Source of the DNA: a virus
DNA length: 64,000 bases
Virus record (IMG/VR): IMGVR_UViG_3300032294_001887
Coordinates: 1-64,000 of that record
Direction: 5' to 3' (one strand)
Shown: piece by piece, positions 8,626 through 19,000 of the stretch
Layout: each line of letters opens with the position of its first letter
Position numbering within the stretch: the first letter of the stretch is position 1
The notes under the pieces: generated by a model
What the model saw: only the letters and a program-made list of their open reading frames with translations
Database searches by the model: none
Told to the model about the DNA's origin: nothing
Program-made: the position numbers and the translations under genes

Positions 8626-8957
8626 GAACTTTTTAATCCGTCCGAACTGAGGATATACCAGTTACCTGCACAAAATCTAAATTCGATACAAGCGTATTTG
8701 TCGGCAACTACTTCATCAAATTCCTCATCTATTTTACCCACATCGGGTTTTATTGTGACATCGGTCATTGATTTAACTACGATGTGGTCTGTAGTTGTTG
8801 AGTCCAATATTACTACCGATTTCGCAACACTTCTAACCACTATACACCCTTCTCCATTTGTTTTATATTCACTCTCGGATATTACTGCAACCTCAGAGGT
8901 TTCAATAAATTCTCCGTTAATTAATCTTTTTGAAGGTATTGTTCTTAAAATTCCCAT
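8622..8957 (-). CDS. Hypothetical beta-rich protein
   Basis: 111-aa ORF starting 4 nt after the neck gene stop. Confidence 0.6.
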   Translation of the reverse strand: MGILRTIPSKRLINGEFIETSEVAVISESEYKTNGEGCIVVRSVAKSVVILDSTTTDHIVVKSMTDVTIKPDVGKIDEEFDEVVADKYACIEFRFCAGNWYILSSDGLKSS

Positions 8958-8960
8958 AAA

Positions 8961-10082
8961 TTAAATTACATATATTTGACGAGGCATTGCTCTGAATTTC
9001 ATTTGTTTGTTTAAGTTCTCGGCAATTAACGCTTCTTTTTCCATAACTTTTTCAGGTCTTAACCTTGTTAAAAAACCTTCAGGGCCAGTAAGTTCTTCCA
9101 ATAATTTTGTTTTCTCATCTTTACCCTCAGTTAATAAACTTGTATAATCCATCGTGATTTCGGAATCAGGCGTTTTTAAATTACCACTATATTTTCCTCT
9201 AACTCTACCTAAGGTTTCTTTCACATATGCGGTAAACCATCTTCTAACCCATTGTTTCGCAGGAACATTTAAATCAGTCCAAGTTAATTCCTCAAGTGGA
9301 ACATCGCTAGGTAATTTAATTACATCAGGATTATTTTTTAAACAATCCGCTCTACTATCAGGTGTTGTTTCGTAATACCAATACCAAACCGTTTTACCAA
9401 CGTAACTACTATAAGAATTCCAATTAAATTGACTACCAGGTGCGTTATATAACTGTAAATCTTTTTTACCATCAGGTAATGCTGTGATTCTATAAGTTAA
9501 AGAACCGCCAAGAATTCTATTTAAAATGTTTGATTGTTGCATTCTAATTAGATAGTCAAACCCTGACATCATAAAATAAGAACCTTGATATCCCATTTGA
9601 GCAAATCCAGCTTCACTTGCACCAAGACCTATACCTCCAAATCCACCAATACCACCCATACCAAATGCGGTAATAGGTCGATTACTAAACCATAACACTT
9701 CGTTAATTTCACGGCCAGCAGGTATTTCGTAGTTTTGTTTATTCTCTTCAAGAACTATGTAATCTTTTTTTAGAACCCAAGGTCCTTGAGCTTGAAGACC
9801 AACGATTTTAGAATATGAATATGAAAATTGTTGTTCAAAATCCATAGTTCTTGTTATAAGTGCGTTTGCAACTGATTTTTCAGTCATGTTCAAATTAACT
9901 AAATTAACCCATTGACTATCAATTAACCAATTAAGTATGTATTGTTCATAATCTTGAATAGATAGTTCCATTAATGAATCCATCATTTCATCCTCAATCT
10001 CAACACTCCTTATCGGTGCACCTAATAAGTGTTTAACTCTTGTATAAATTTTTGACCTTTCTGGTTCTGGAATAACTGCCAT
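8961..10082 (-). CDS. Neck / head-tail adaptor protein (T4 gp13-like)
   Basis: LGAPIRSVEI, WVRRWFTAYVKETLGRVRGKYSG; late motif upstream. Confidence 0.7.
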   Translation of the reverse strand: MAVIPEPERSKIYTRVKHLLGAPIRSVEIEDEMMDSLMELSIQDYEQYILNWLIDSQWVNLVNLNMTEKSVANALITRTMDFEQQFSYSYSKIVGLQAQGPWVLKKDYIVLEENKQNYEIPAGREINEVLWFSNRPITAFGMGGIGGFGGIGLGASEAGFAQMGYQGSYFMMSGFDYLIRMQQSNILNRILGGSLTYRITALPDGKKDLQLYNAPGSQFNWNSYSSYVGKTVWYWYYETTPDSRADCLKNNPDVIKLPSDVPLEELTWTDLNVPAKQWVRRWFTAYVKETLGRVRGKYSGNLKTPDSEITMDYTSLLTEGKDEKTKLLEELTGPEGFLTRLRPEKVMEKEALIAENLNKQMKFRAMPRQIYVI

Positions 10083-10098
10083 AATACGTTATTTTATA

Positions 10099-10106
10099 TA
10101 TAAATA
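10099..10106 (-). promoter_or_regulatory. TATTTATA motif (minus strand) for neck gene
   Basis: TATAAATA on + strand upstream of 10082. Confidence 0.6.
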
Positions 10107-10118
10107 TTTAAAATATGG

Positions 10119-11651
10119 CTATTGTATATTATATAACAAAGAATCTTTAGGAAAGACAAAATTACCTTTCACAATTTTTGGTTTTCTATTGAAAATTAAT
10201 ACATTTTTTCCTTTTTGGAAAATCATTAAATCTGTATTATAAATCTTAACACTTGCTGTCCCTTCCAAAGTAATCCCATCTTCAGATTCCACCATGTTTC
10301 TAAATGGTTTAATCTGTGCGGTATATTTTTGACCATCCTTGGTTAACTCTAAATCAATTCCTTGTATTGCATCTTTTTTACTACCCAACTCACCAACCAC
10401 CTGAACTTTGGCTTGTTTACCGAAAAATCTTTTAAGTATTGATGCAGTTATTTCTTCTCTTTTAGAGCCTGCCTTATCTTTTTCAGTTAAAGTTCTCAAT
10501 AAATTATGAAGAGTCGTACTATCTGTATCAAATATTCTATATTTGAAATAGTCAATTGTTTTAACAAATCTCTCAACTTCTTTCCTTTGTTCCGAAGGAG
10601 TTTTATCCATGAAATTAATAGGTTTTTTGCCCGGTATTGTTGCAATCACTTGATTCAAATCTTTTAATAAAATACAAAATGCAGTATAATTCGTATTCAA
10701 TTTATTAATTACTGACCTACCCGGACCTTCAAGATTATAAACGCCAGGTAATTGGTTATTTTCAAGCTTTGTAATATAGTTTTCGGAAAACACTTCTTTC
10801 ATGATTTTATTAATACCATTCATGTAAGTCCACTTAACATCCGAATTTACATTGAATAACATTCTGTAAAACTCATTCTCGGATTGAGAACACATTTCGG
10901 ACTTTCCCTCACTTAAAACTTGTTTCATTTTAGTTGATTCCGCCAATTTAGTTTCAATTTTCATTTCATACATCTTACTAACGAAATCCCAATTAACAAC
11001 TTTCCAAAAGTTTGTGATGTATTCATCTCTTTTATTTTTATACTTTAGGTAATATGCGTGTTCCCATAAGTCTAAACCTAGTAATGGGAATCCACCACCT
11101 TCGATTACATTCATTAATGGATTGTCTTGATTTGGAGTAGACATAATCTTTAAAGTATTTTTGGAAGTTAAAACCAACCATACCCATCCGGACCCGAAGC
11201 GTTCTTTGGCTTGTTTTTCAAATTCTTTTTTGAAATTACTAAAAGTTCCCCATTGTTTGGTTATTTTCTTATAAAGTTCACCATCCAATTTTTTTGGTTC
11301 AGGTGTCAACATATTCCAAAACAATGCGTGGTTAAATGCTCCACCGGCATTATTTCTAATGGTTTTGTCGAAACGGCTGATTGTTTTAATTATTTTTTCC
11401 AAATCTAAATCACCATATTTCTTTTTTGATAATGCGGCGTTTAATTTGTCTACATAACCTTTGTAATGTTTATTGTAGTGGAAGTTCATTGTCTCTGCGT
11501 CAATAAATGTCTTCAAGGCTGAATAGGCGTAAGGTAATTTTTCTATCCCTATTTTTTTCATTTCTGTAATCAACAACTCTTTTTCTTTTGTAACTTGTGA
11601 TTCAAGTATTTGTGACTCAAGTTGTTGGATTTTCTCTTGTGTTTTTTTCAT
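10119..11651 (-). CDS. sod: Fe/Mn superoxide dismutase (Mn-type signature) fused to ~280-aa C-terminal domain
   Basis: HYNKH, NNAGGAFNHALFW, FGSGWVWL, NQD, DLWEHAYY. Confidence 0.9.
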   Translation of the reverse strand: MKKTQEKIQQLESQILESQVTKEKELLITEMKKIGIEKLPYAYSALKTFIDAETMNFHYNKHYKGYVDKLNAALSKKKYGDLDLEKIIKTISRFDKTIRNNAGGAFNHALFWNMLTPEPKKLDGELYKKITKQWGTFSNFKKEFEKQAKERFGSGWVWLVLTSKNTLKIMSTPNQDNPLMNVIEGGGFPLLGLDLWEHAYYLKYKNKRDEYITNFWKVVNWDFVSKMYEMKIETKLAESTKMKQVLSEGKSEMCSQSENEFYRMLFNVNSDVKWTYMNGINKIMKEVFSENYITKLENNQLPGVYNLEGPGRSVINKLNTNYTAFCILLKDLNQVIATIPGKKPINFMDKTPSEQRKEVERFVKTIDYFKYRIFDTDSTTLHNLLRTLTEKDKAGSKREEITASILKRFFGKQAKVQVVGELGSKKDAIQGIDLELTKDGQKYTAQIKPFRNMVESEDGITLEGTASVKIYNTDLMIFQKGKNVLIFNRKPKIVKGNFVFPKDSLLYNIQ

Positions 11652-11672
11652 AATTTTGAATTATCCATTGTA

Positions 11673-11680
11673 TATAAATA
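11673..11680 (-). promoter_or_regulatory. TATTTATA motif (minus strand) for SOD fusion
   Basis: TATAAATA on + strand upstream of 11651. Confidence 0.6.
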
Positions 11681-11692
11681 ATCCGTATTTCG

Positions 11693-13444
11693 TTATTTTC
11701 TCAAATGATTAATTCTTTTTAGAATTTCTTCTGCCGCATCGGCAGGGTTTTGATTGTCCCCCATGACAGTTGCAATCACTTGTTTTTTGTTGTTTAAAAT
11801 ATCATAGATGATTCCCTCAATTGTATTTTCGAAGATAGGGTAGTAAACTAAAACATTATTTTTTTGACCATAACGATAACTTCTATCTTCGGCTTGTGCG
11901 TGGTCTGAAGGTAAAAATGATAAATCGTTGAATATTGCAGCTTCACCGGCAGTTAAGGTAATTCCGGTTCCGGCCGCCTTTATGTTCCCAACAAAAACTT
12001 TAATCTTTTCATTTTCTTGGAATTGGTCAACACTATATTGTCTTTCGTGTTGAGACATTGACCCATCAAGTTTAACTGCTGTTTTACCAAAATGTTCTAC
12101 AATTTTATTTAATGAATCGGTAAAATTACAAAAGATGATAACTTTTTTTCCTTGCTCGATAATATTCTCAGCAATTTCAATTGTTTGTTGTATTTTTTCT
12201 TCAGCAATAATTTGTCTTACTTTTGTTAACTTTGAAAATTGAACAGTTAAAGATTTTGACTCTTCAGGATTCTTGTCATACCAATCATAATATTCACCCA
12301 TTACATCTTCATATGCTTTGGATTTCAATTTCAAATAAACCGGAGTTATAATTTTATCAGGTAAGTCAAGAACATTTTCTTTCAATCTTCTCAAAATGGT
12401 TCCCGATGTTCTTTCTCTTAATTCCTCAAGATTTGATGCTCCTGTTATGTTCCAAACTTTTCGGTTTCCGACTTTGAATTGATATCCGGCACAATACCTT
12501 ATCGCATATGCCATCCAGTTTTTACTGACCGGAGAATCAACCAAACTCAATAAATTAAAATAATCCATTGGTCTTGAAGTCATTGGTGTACCAGTTAATA
12601 ACCACAATCTTTCAGTGTTTTTAACAAGGTCGTTAATAAGTTTTGTTCTTTGAGCGGTTGCGTTTTTAATATAGTGAGCTTCATCCACAATCACCAAATC
12701 AAATTTGGAATTAAGAATTAACGACTCCTCTTTATTTTTTGGGTCATGAAAATTTTTGATAATATCATAATTCGCAATTACAAAATCATGTTCGGTTGAG
12801 AAGTTCTTACTTTCGGCAATGAATATTGGTCTATCAGAATAATTTTCAATTTCTCGTTTCCAATTAATCTTCAATGTTGCCGGACAAATAATTAATATTT
12901 TTTTAGACCCAGTTTCCAGTGCTCCGATGATTGTTGAGGTCGTTTTACCCAAACCCATATCGTCAGCCAATATAAATTTTTTATTTTCCAAAAGTTTTTG
13001 GATTGCCTCTTTTTGATGCTCCAATGGAGGTCTATTGGAATATTTTGAATAATCAACTACAACATTTTGAACGGAATTATCTTTTATTATGGCGGCTTTC
13101 GGTAACCAAAAATCGTGGAGTTCCTCATTCTCGAAAACTTTACCCCAAATATGATATGCCTTTTCTTTATCCGCCAATAATTTCTCAACCCAAACTTTTT
13201 GAGGAATTTCAGTGTATAGTTTATCGTCTGCCAATTTTTGAGCAAAATAAGCATCAAGAATCACCCACTTTCTGGCAACCTTTGGTTGTTTGTCGTGGAA
13301 TGAAATTATATAGTCCGATTGGCTCCTTGTAGGGTAAAATTTCTTGTTAATTTGTGACTTACGTCTCAACTCCAACAAATAGTTATTACCACCTTCATAG
13401 GTTTCAAGAATCGTCATTGCTTTTGATTCTAAACTTATTTCCAT
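11693..13444 (-). CDS. SNF2-family (HARP/SMARCAL1-like) helicase
   Basis: LADDMGLGKT, DEAH, LTGTP, QAEDRSYRYGQ. Confidence 0.92.
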   Translation of the reverse strand: MEISLESKAMTILETYEGGNNYLLELRRKSQINKKFYPTRSQSDYIISFHDKQPKVARKWVILDAYFAQKLADDKLYTEIPQKVWVEKLLADKEKAYHIWGKVFENEELHDFWLPKAAIIKDNSVQNVVVDYSKYSNRPPLEHQKEAIQKLLENKKFILADDMGLGKTTSTIIGALETGSKKILIICPATLKINWKREIENYSDRPIFIAESKNFSTEHDFVIANYDIIKNFHDPKNKEESLILNSKFDLVIVDEAHYIKNATAQRTKLINDLVKNTERLWLLTGTPMTSRPMDYFNLLSLVDSPVSKNWMAYAIRYCAGYQFKVGNRKVWNITGASNLEELRERTSGTILRRLKENVLDLPDKIITPVYLKLKSKAYEDVMGEYYDWYDKNPEESKSLTVQFSKLTKVRQIIAEEKIQQTIEIAENIIEQGKKVIIFCNFTDSLNKIVEHFGKTAVKLDGSMSQHERQYSVDQFQENEKIKVFVGNIKAAGTGITLTAGEAAIFNDLSFLPSDHAQAEDRSYRYGQKNNVLVYYPIFENTIEGIIYDILNNKKQVIATVMGDNQNPADAAEEILKRINHLRK

Positions 13445-13467
13445 TGTTTAAATAAAAGTTTGTATTA

Positions 13468-13496
13468 AATATAAGTGAAAATAAAGTATTTATCAA
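13468..13496 (-). promoter_or_regulatory. Sigma70-like promoter of SNF2 helicase
   Basis: Minus strand TTGATA-N17-TATATT. Confidence 0.6.
13487..13494 (+). promoter_or_regulatory. TATTTAT motif for 13500 operon
   Basis: TATTTATC begins 13 nt before ATG; overlaps -35 of the divergent promoter. Confidence 0.55.
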
Positions 13497-13499
13497 TAT

Positions 13500-13817
13500 A
13501 TGAAAATGTCACAAGAAAATTTAGAAACTGCAATTAGAAAAATGTTATCGGTAATTAAACCAACAGAAGTATCATTTGTTGATTTTGATTTAACACCAAT
13601 AGATGAAGATGAGTATTATATGTCAGTTAAGTATGTTGTTCCTGATGATAGTCCGATATTAAAAGTAAAAACAAGTCCAAGAGTATATGATGATTTAAGG
13701 ATGAAATGGAATGAAGAGATGAAAAAAAACCTTAAAAATTTTTTTAATGCGAAAGTAATAATTACTTCAACAGGGTTAAGTTCAGAATCATTCTATAAAC
13801 AAAAAAATTATAAATAA
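13500..13817 (+). CDS. Hypothetical protein
   Basis: 105-aa ORF in operon context. Confidence 0.7.
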   Translation: MKMSQENLETAIRKMLSVIKPTEVSFVDFDLTPIDEDEYYMSVKYVVPDDSPILKVKTSPRVYDDLRMKWNEEMKKNLKNFFNAKVIITSTGLSSESFYKQKNYK

Positions 13818-13822
13818 TTAAT

Positions 13823-14335
13823 ATGGAAAATTTAGTTCCAATAACAAGATTAGGAAAATTTTTTGGGGGTGAGGATTACTCATTAGAGATTGATATGGGC
13901 CAAGAGTGGTTAGAGGGAGACATGAACTTTACCATTGTATTATATCGTATTGATAGATATAAAACAAAGACCGATGATGTTTATGGTGAAGTTTTGGAAG
14001 ATGGTATTCAATTTATGGCACCTATCGAATTAAAAGGTCTTGTTCAGATTATGGCACCAACCGTTAAATTTATTGGTAATTCAAGAGTGGAACAGAAAGA
14101 ACCTGGTAATATGAAATTTTCAATCTATCAAAAACAACTTAATGATTTGGATGTTGAAATATTTTTGGGTGATTATATTGGATATTACGAATCTGAAGAC
14201 CGAGTTAGATATTATGTTGTAAGTGATGACGGATATGTTAAGTCGGACAATAAACATACATATGGGGGTTATAAACCATTCTATCGAACTATTACCGCAA
14301 CCTATGTTAGTGAAAATGAATTTAAAGGTATTTAA
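13823..14335 (+). CDS. Putative head-closure / neck protein (gp14-like)
   Basis: YRID..KTKTDDVYGE motif; between neck and tail genes. Confidence 0.55.
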   Translation: MENLVPITRLGKFFGGEDYSLEIDMGQEWLEGDMNFTIVLYRIDRYKTKTDDVYGEVLEDGIQFMAPIELKGLVQIMAPTVKFIGNSRVEQKEPGNMKFSIYQKQLNDLDVEIFLGDYIGYYESEDRVRYYVVSDDGYVKSDNKHTYGGYKPFYRTITATYVSENEFKGI

Positions 14336-14338
14336 GAT

Positions 14339-14710
14339 ATGCGAGATATTATTCACAAAATTTTAAGAGAGATGGAAAATTCTAATGAGAATAACATCAA
14401 AAAAATTGAAGACAATAAGAAGTATATTAAAAAATTACTACCAAGTATTATTAAATTTTTTAAAGATTCATTCTCCGAAGATTTGCTCGATATTGAGGTT
14501 ACAACTAAAAAGGTTCATTATGGGATGGAAAATTATTCAACAGATGAATATCTTTTAAAATTTTATTTTAATAAAATTCCCAAAGAACACGAATTTAATA
14601 TGAGAAGAACAATTATTAGGAATTTAGATAATATGTTTAATATCAATATTATAAATTATGCGGTTCCTTTAGATTTAGAGATTTATGTAAAAACATGGAA
14701 AAAATTATAA
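14339..14710 (+). CDS. Hypothetical protein with N-terminal I..IL.E motif
   Basis: MRDIIHKILREME; tight spacing to neighbours. Confidence 0.7.
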   Translation: MRDIIHKILREMENSNENNIKKIEDNKKYIKKLLPSIIKFFKDSFSEDLLDIEVTTKKVHYGMENYSTDEYLLKFYFNKIPKEHEFNMRRTIIRNLDNMFNINIINYAVPLDLEIYVKTWKKL

Positions 14711-14714
14711 AATT

Positions 14715-15758
14715 ATGCCATTACCAAAAAATATAGTTAAACCAACCTTACCACTAGTTCCTCGAAAAGAGTTATCGGCTCGTAGACAAGAACTATTGCA
14801 ATATATCAACGAAGATGGAACTTATTTACCCAAATCGGTATTGCATGCGGATTTAGATAGAGGTATGTTGGACTTCGTTAAAAATGAATTGAAGGTCGTT
14901 ACCGCAGGAGAAATAGTTCCAATGGTTGATATTATTATTACCACTCAAAATTGGTCTCAATATGTCGAAACTTATAAATTCATAGACTTAGATTATAACC
15001 CAGACCCACCATATATTACAGTCGTTAGAAGTCCTGAAGTTAAATATGGTTCAAACCCATCACTTCAATATACAATTCCAAATAGAAAACAATTTTATTA
15101 CGCATCTGTTCCAACTTGGAATGGTAATGAACAAGGTATGGATATCTATACAATACCACAACCTGTCCCTGTCGATATCAAATATAATGTTAAAATCGTT
15201 TGTAATAGAATGAGGGAATTGAATCAATTAAATAAAATTGTAATGCAAACATTTGCGTCACGACAAGCATACACCTTTATTAAGGGTCAATATGTTCCAA
15301 TTATTTTAGATAATGTTTCTGACGAATCTCAAATGACCATAGACGCAAGAAAATATTATGTTCAGAATTATGATTTCACAATGTTAGGATATCTGATTGA
15401 TGAGGAAGAATTTGAGGTAAAACCGGCAATCCAAAGAGTTACCCAACTTATTGAAATGGATACCACAACAAGAAAACAAAAAAGAAATCAATTCCCAAAA
15501 AATCCGGACGAATTTAAATTAGATTTCTTATTTGTGACAGGTAATACAACATTGGTAGATATAATTGATTTTAGAGCCAACATGAGTGTTGCAAATTCAG
15601 ATAATGTTGACACATTCGATGTTTATATAAATAACAACTATTATGGTAGTAATGTTGGAGTGATTCAAATTACCACGAATGACATTTTAAGGATTGAAAT
15701 TACTAAAATAGATAATAATAACGAGGCGTTAATTGTCTTCGATAACAAGTTAGTTTAA
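14715..15758 (+). CDS. Putative tail terminator / sheath stabiliser (gp15-like)
   Basis: PQPVPVDIKYNV...ELNQL pattern; upstream of sheath. Confidence 0.55.
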   Translation: MPLPKNIVKPTLPLVPRKELSARRQELLQYINEDGTYLPKSVLHADLDRGMLDFVKNELKVVTAGEIVPMVDIIITTQNWSQYVETYKFIDLDYNPDPPYITVVRSPEVKYGSNPSLQYTIPNRKQFYYASVPTWNGNEQGMDIYTIPQPVPVDIKYNVKIVCNRMRELNQLNKIVMQTFASRQAYTFIKGQYVPIILDNVSDESQMTIDARKYYVQNYDFTMLGYLIDEEEFEVKPAIQRVTQLIEMDTTTRKQKRNQFPKNPDEFKLDFLFVTGNTTLVDIIDFRANMSVANSDNVDTFDVYINNNYYGSNVGVIQITTNDILRIEITKIDNNNEALIVFDNKLV

Positions 15759-15916
15759 TCCTCACCATAGATATCTTTCTTCTCTTTACAATTTTCTATA
15801 ATTAAATTTTCCAAAAATTTATAAATTTTAATTCCTCGTTTATCACAATACTTTTTAAGGATATTGTGTGATTCGGGGGATATTTTAATGTTTTTAATTT
15901 GTTTCTTAGTTTTCAT
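15755..15916 (-). CDS. 53-aa ribbon-helix-helix-like regulator (not in ORF track)
   Basis: MKTKKQIKNIKISPESHNILKKYCDKRGIKIYKFLENLIIENCKEKKDIYGED; fills gap; own TATTTATA motif. Confidence 0.75.
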   Translation of the reverse strand: MKTKKQIKNIKISPESHNILKKYCDKRGIKIYKFLENLIIENCKEKKDIYGED

Positions 15917-15950
15917 GGTGAGAAAAAAGGCAGAATTAATTCATACCATT

Positions 15951-15958
15951 TATAAATA
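15951..15958 (-). promoter_or_regulatory. TATTTATA motif (minus) for small regulator
   Basis: TATAAATA on + strand. Confidence 0.55.
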
Positions 15959-15995
15959 CTTATTCAAAAGTAAAGTTTTTTCATAAAATATCGAA

Positions 15996-16003
15996 TATTT
16001 ATC
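15996..16003 (+). promoter_or_regulatory. TATTTAT motif for sheath gene
   Basis: TATTTATC upstream of 16037. Confidence 0.55.
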
Positions 16004-16036
16004 TATAAAATAAATCTGTAATAGAATTAATAAATA

Positions 16037-19000
16037 ATGGCAACAGCACAAGCAAACCAAAAAGTATTCGTATCTCCGGGTGTGTATACATCAGAAACAG
16101 ACCTATCTTTCGTAGCCCAAAGTGTGGGTGTTACGACATTAGGTTTAGTGGGAGAAACAATTAAAGGACCGGCCTTTGAACCGATATTTATAACTAATTA
16201 TGATGAGTTCCAAGCCTATTTCGGAGGAACAGAACCTGTCAAATTTTATAATACCCAAATTCCAAAATATGAAGCAGCATACATTGCTAAATCATATTTA
16301 CAACAATCAAATCAATTATTTGTAACAAGAATTCTTGGATTATCGGGATATGATGCAGGACCATCTTGGTCACTTACTGTTACTGCTAATGTAGACCCAA
16401 CAACAATTGGTAATCCATCTACGGGAACATCATTCACGGCAAATTTTACAGGTAATTCATTAAATGATACTGTTGAGTTTATTGGGGGCGCATTACCTTC
16501 TTTTGTGTCGGCAAATTTAAATACTCAATATAGACTACAAGATGGTTCGATATCGACATTGCAAACTGATTTTAATAATTACATAAATTCTATTGTAAAT
16601 TCACCATCAACTTCAGCAACAACTGCAATTATATATGGAGCAATACCTCAAACCGATTATAATTCGGTAACAGGTCAATATACAACAATTAGAAATCCGT
16701 ATGGGTGTGTAAACAATTTTGATAACAATGATTTAACTGCAGGTTCAAATGACAGTTGGTATTATGCAAATTTTGAATTTGCAAATAATGATTCTACATT
16801 AGGTTATACAGGATATTCATTTAATTATGCGGTTTCTAGTTTAATTACAGGTGCGTCAAATACATTCACGGGTACAGTAACCGGTAATTCATATACATTC
16901 ACAGGTACGGCATATAGTGAGTTCAATAATATGGTTGTTGCAACCATTCGTTCAAGAGGTATTTCACTTTACACAAATCAAACTTCAAGTATTAACCATG
17001 GTCCGGTTTATCAAGTAGGAATAGATTATGATAATGGAGGAACTTCAGCACTAAATAATTTACAATTGATTTGTACTGGACAATATTCTGATATTTCAAA
17101 ATCACCTTTCTCAACATTTTTATTATCAGGGGTAACCAAAGATAATGATGTATTCTCATTCGAAACTTCAATGTTAGCGTCATCGTCAAAATACATTACA
17201 AAAGTTTTAGGAGTTGATAATTTTGGAAAATCAAGATTTGAAGTCCCAATTTATGTTGAGGAAGCTTATCAAGGTTCATTAAATTACGCATATAATCAAG
17301 GTTATATAAGAGGATTAGCGTGTGACTTAATTGCATTACCAGGTGCTAGAAGTCAAAACCCAACATCAATTGCTTATAATTTAGAAAGATATCAATCACC
17401 TGAAACACCATATTTGGTTTCGGAATTAAGAGGTAATAAAGTTTATAACTTATTTAAATTTATATCAATTTCTGATGGAGATTCTGCAAACACTGAAATA
17501 AAAGTGTCAATCGCAAATCTTTCATTTAACAATATGTCATTTGATGTGTTAGTTAGAAATTTCTTTGATACTGACTCAAATCCTGTGGTAATTGAAAAAT
17601 TCACAAATTGTAATTTAGACCCATTATCAAATAATTTTATAGCTAAAAAAATTGGTTCATCTGATGGAGAATACGCGTTAATCTCAAGATATATCATGGT
17701 TGAGATGTCTCCAGAAGCACCAATAGATGCTTTACCATGTGGATTTTACGGATATACTCAAAGAGAATATTTGGATTATGACACTTATCCTTCACCGTAT
17801 CCTAAATTTAAGACAAAATATTATTTCCCTGGTGAAGTTATTGCAAATCCACCATTTGGTGTAAATGCTGGAGGAGCACCTATAGAATCCTCAGGAGATA
17901 TTGTACGAAGAAGTTATTTAGGATTTTCAACACAATTTGGAATTGACGAATCTTTCTTAACATATAAGGGTAAACAAACACCTTCAAATTGGATATCCGA
18001 CCCGACGGCTGAAGGTCAACCTTGGAATGTAAGAAGTAAAGGATTCCACATGGATTCAGGTGCAACGGTTGTTACAATCGGAATCAGTTCTAAATCAAGC
18101 GGAGAAACAGCGTTTGAATGTGGTGTGGCTAATTTCACTAGCGACCCTGATACACAAGAAAGTCCATATTATTTCATATATTCAAGAAAATATACGGTAT
18201 GTTTCGCAGGAGGTTTTGACGGGTGGGATATCTACAGAGAATGGAGAACTAACGAAGACAGATTCCAATTAGGAGCAACAGGTTATTTAGCAGGAGCTTA
18301 TCCGGGTTCAAGATACCCAAATGCTACAGGAGACGGATTATTTAAAAGAATTGTTGTTCAAAATAATACTCAAGATTTCGCTAATACAGACTACTACGCT
18401 TACTTACTTGGTATTTTAACATTCGCAAATCCTGAATCTACAAACATTAACGTTTTTGCAACAACTGCGATTGATTATGTTAATAACTCAAACTTAGTAG
18501 AAGAAGCAATTGATATGATTCAATTCTCAAGAGCGGATTCAGTTTATATTGCAACAACACCTGACTATAGAATGTATACACCGGATGCGACTAACTCTCA
18601 AGACATTATTTATTCTCAAGAAGCGGTTGATAATCTAGACAACACAGGAATTGACTCTAACTATACCGCAACTTATTATCCTTGGATATTAGTTCGTGAT
18701 ACCGTTAACAATACACAAATTTATTTACCACCGACAGGTGAAGTTTGTAGAAACTTAGCATTGACTGATAATATATCATTCCCTTGGTTCGCATCAGCGG
18801 GTTACACGAGAGGTCTTGTAAGTTCAATCAAAGCTAGACAAAAACTTACACAGACAGATAGAGATACCTTGTATCAGGGTAGAATTAACCCTATCGCAAC
18901 TTTCTCAGATGTTGGAACTGTAATTTGGGGTAATAAAACTTTGCAAGTTGCTGACTCAGCACTTAACAGATTGAATGTAAGAAGATTATTACTTCAAGCT

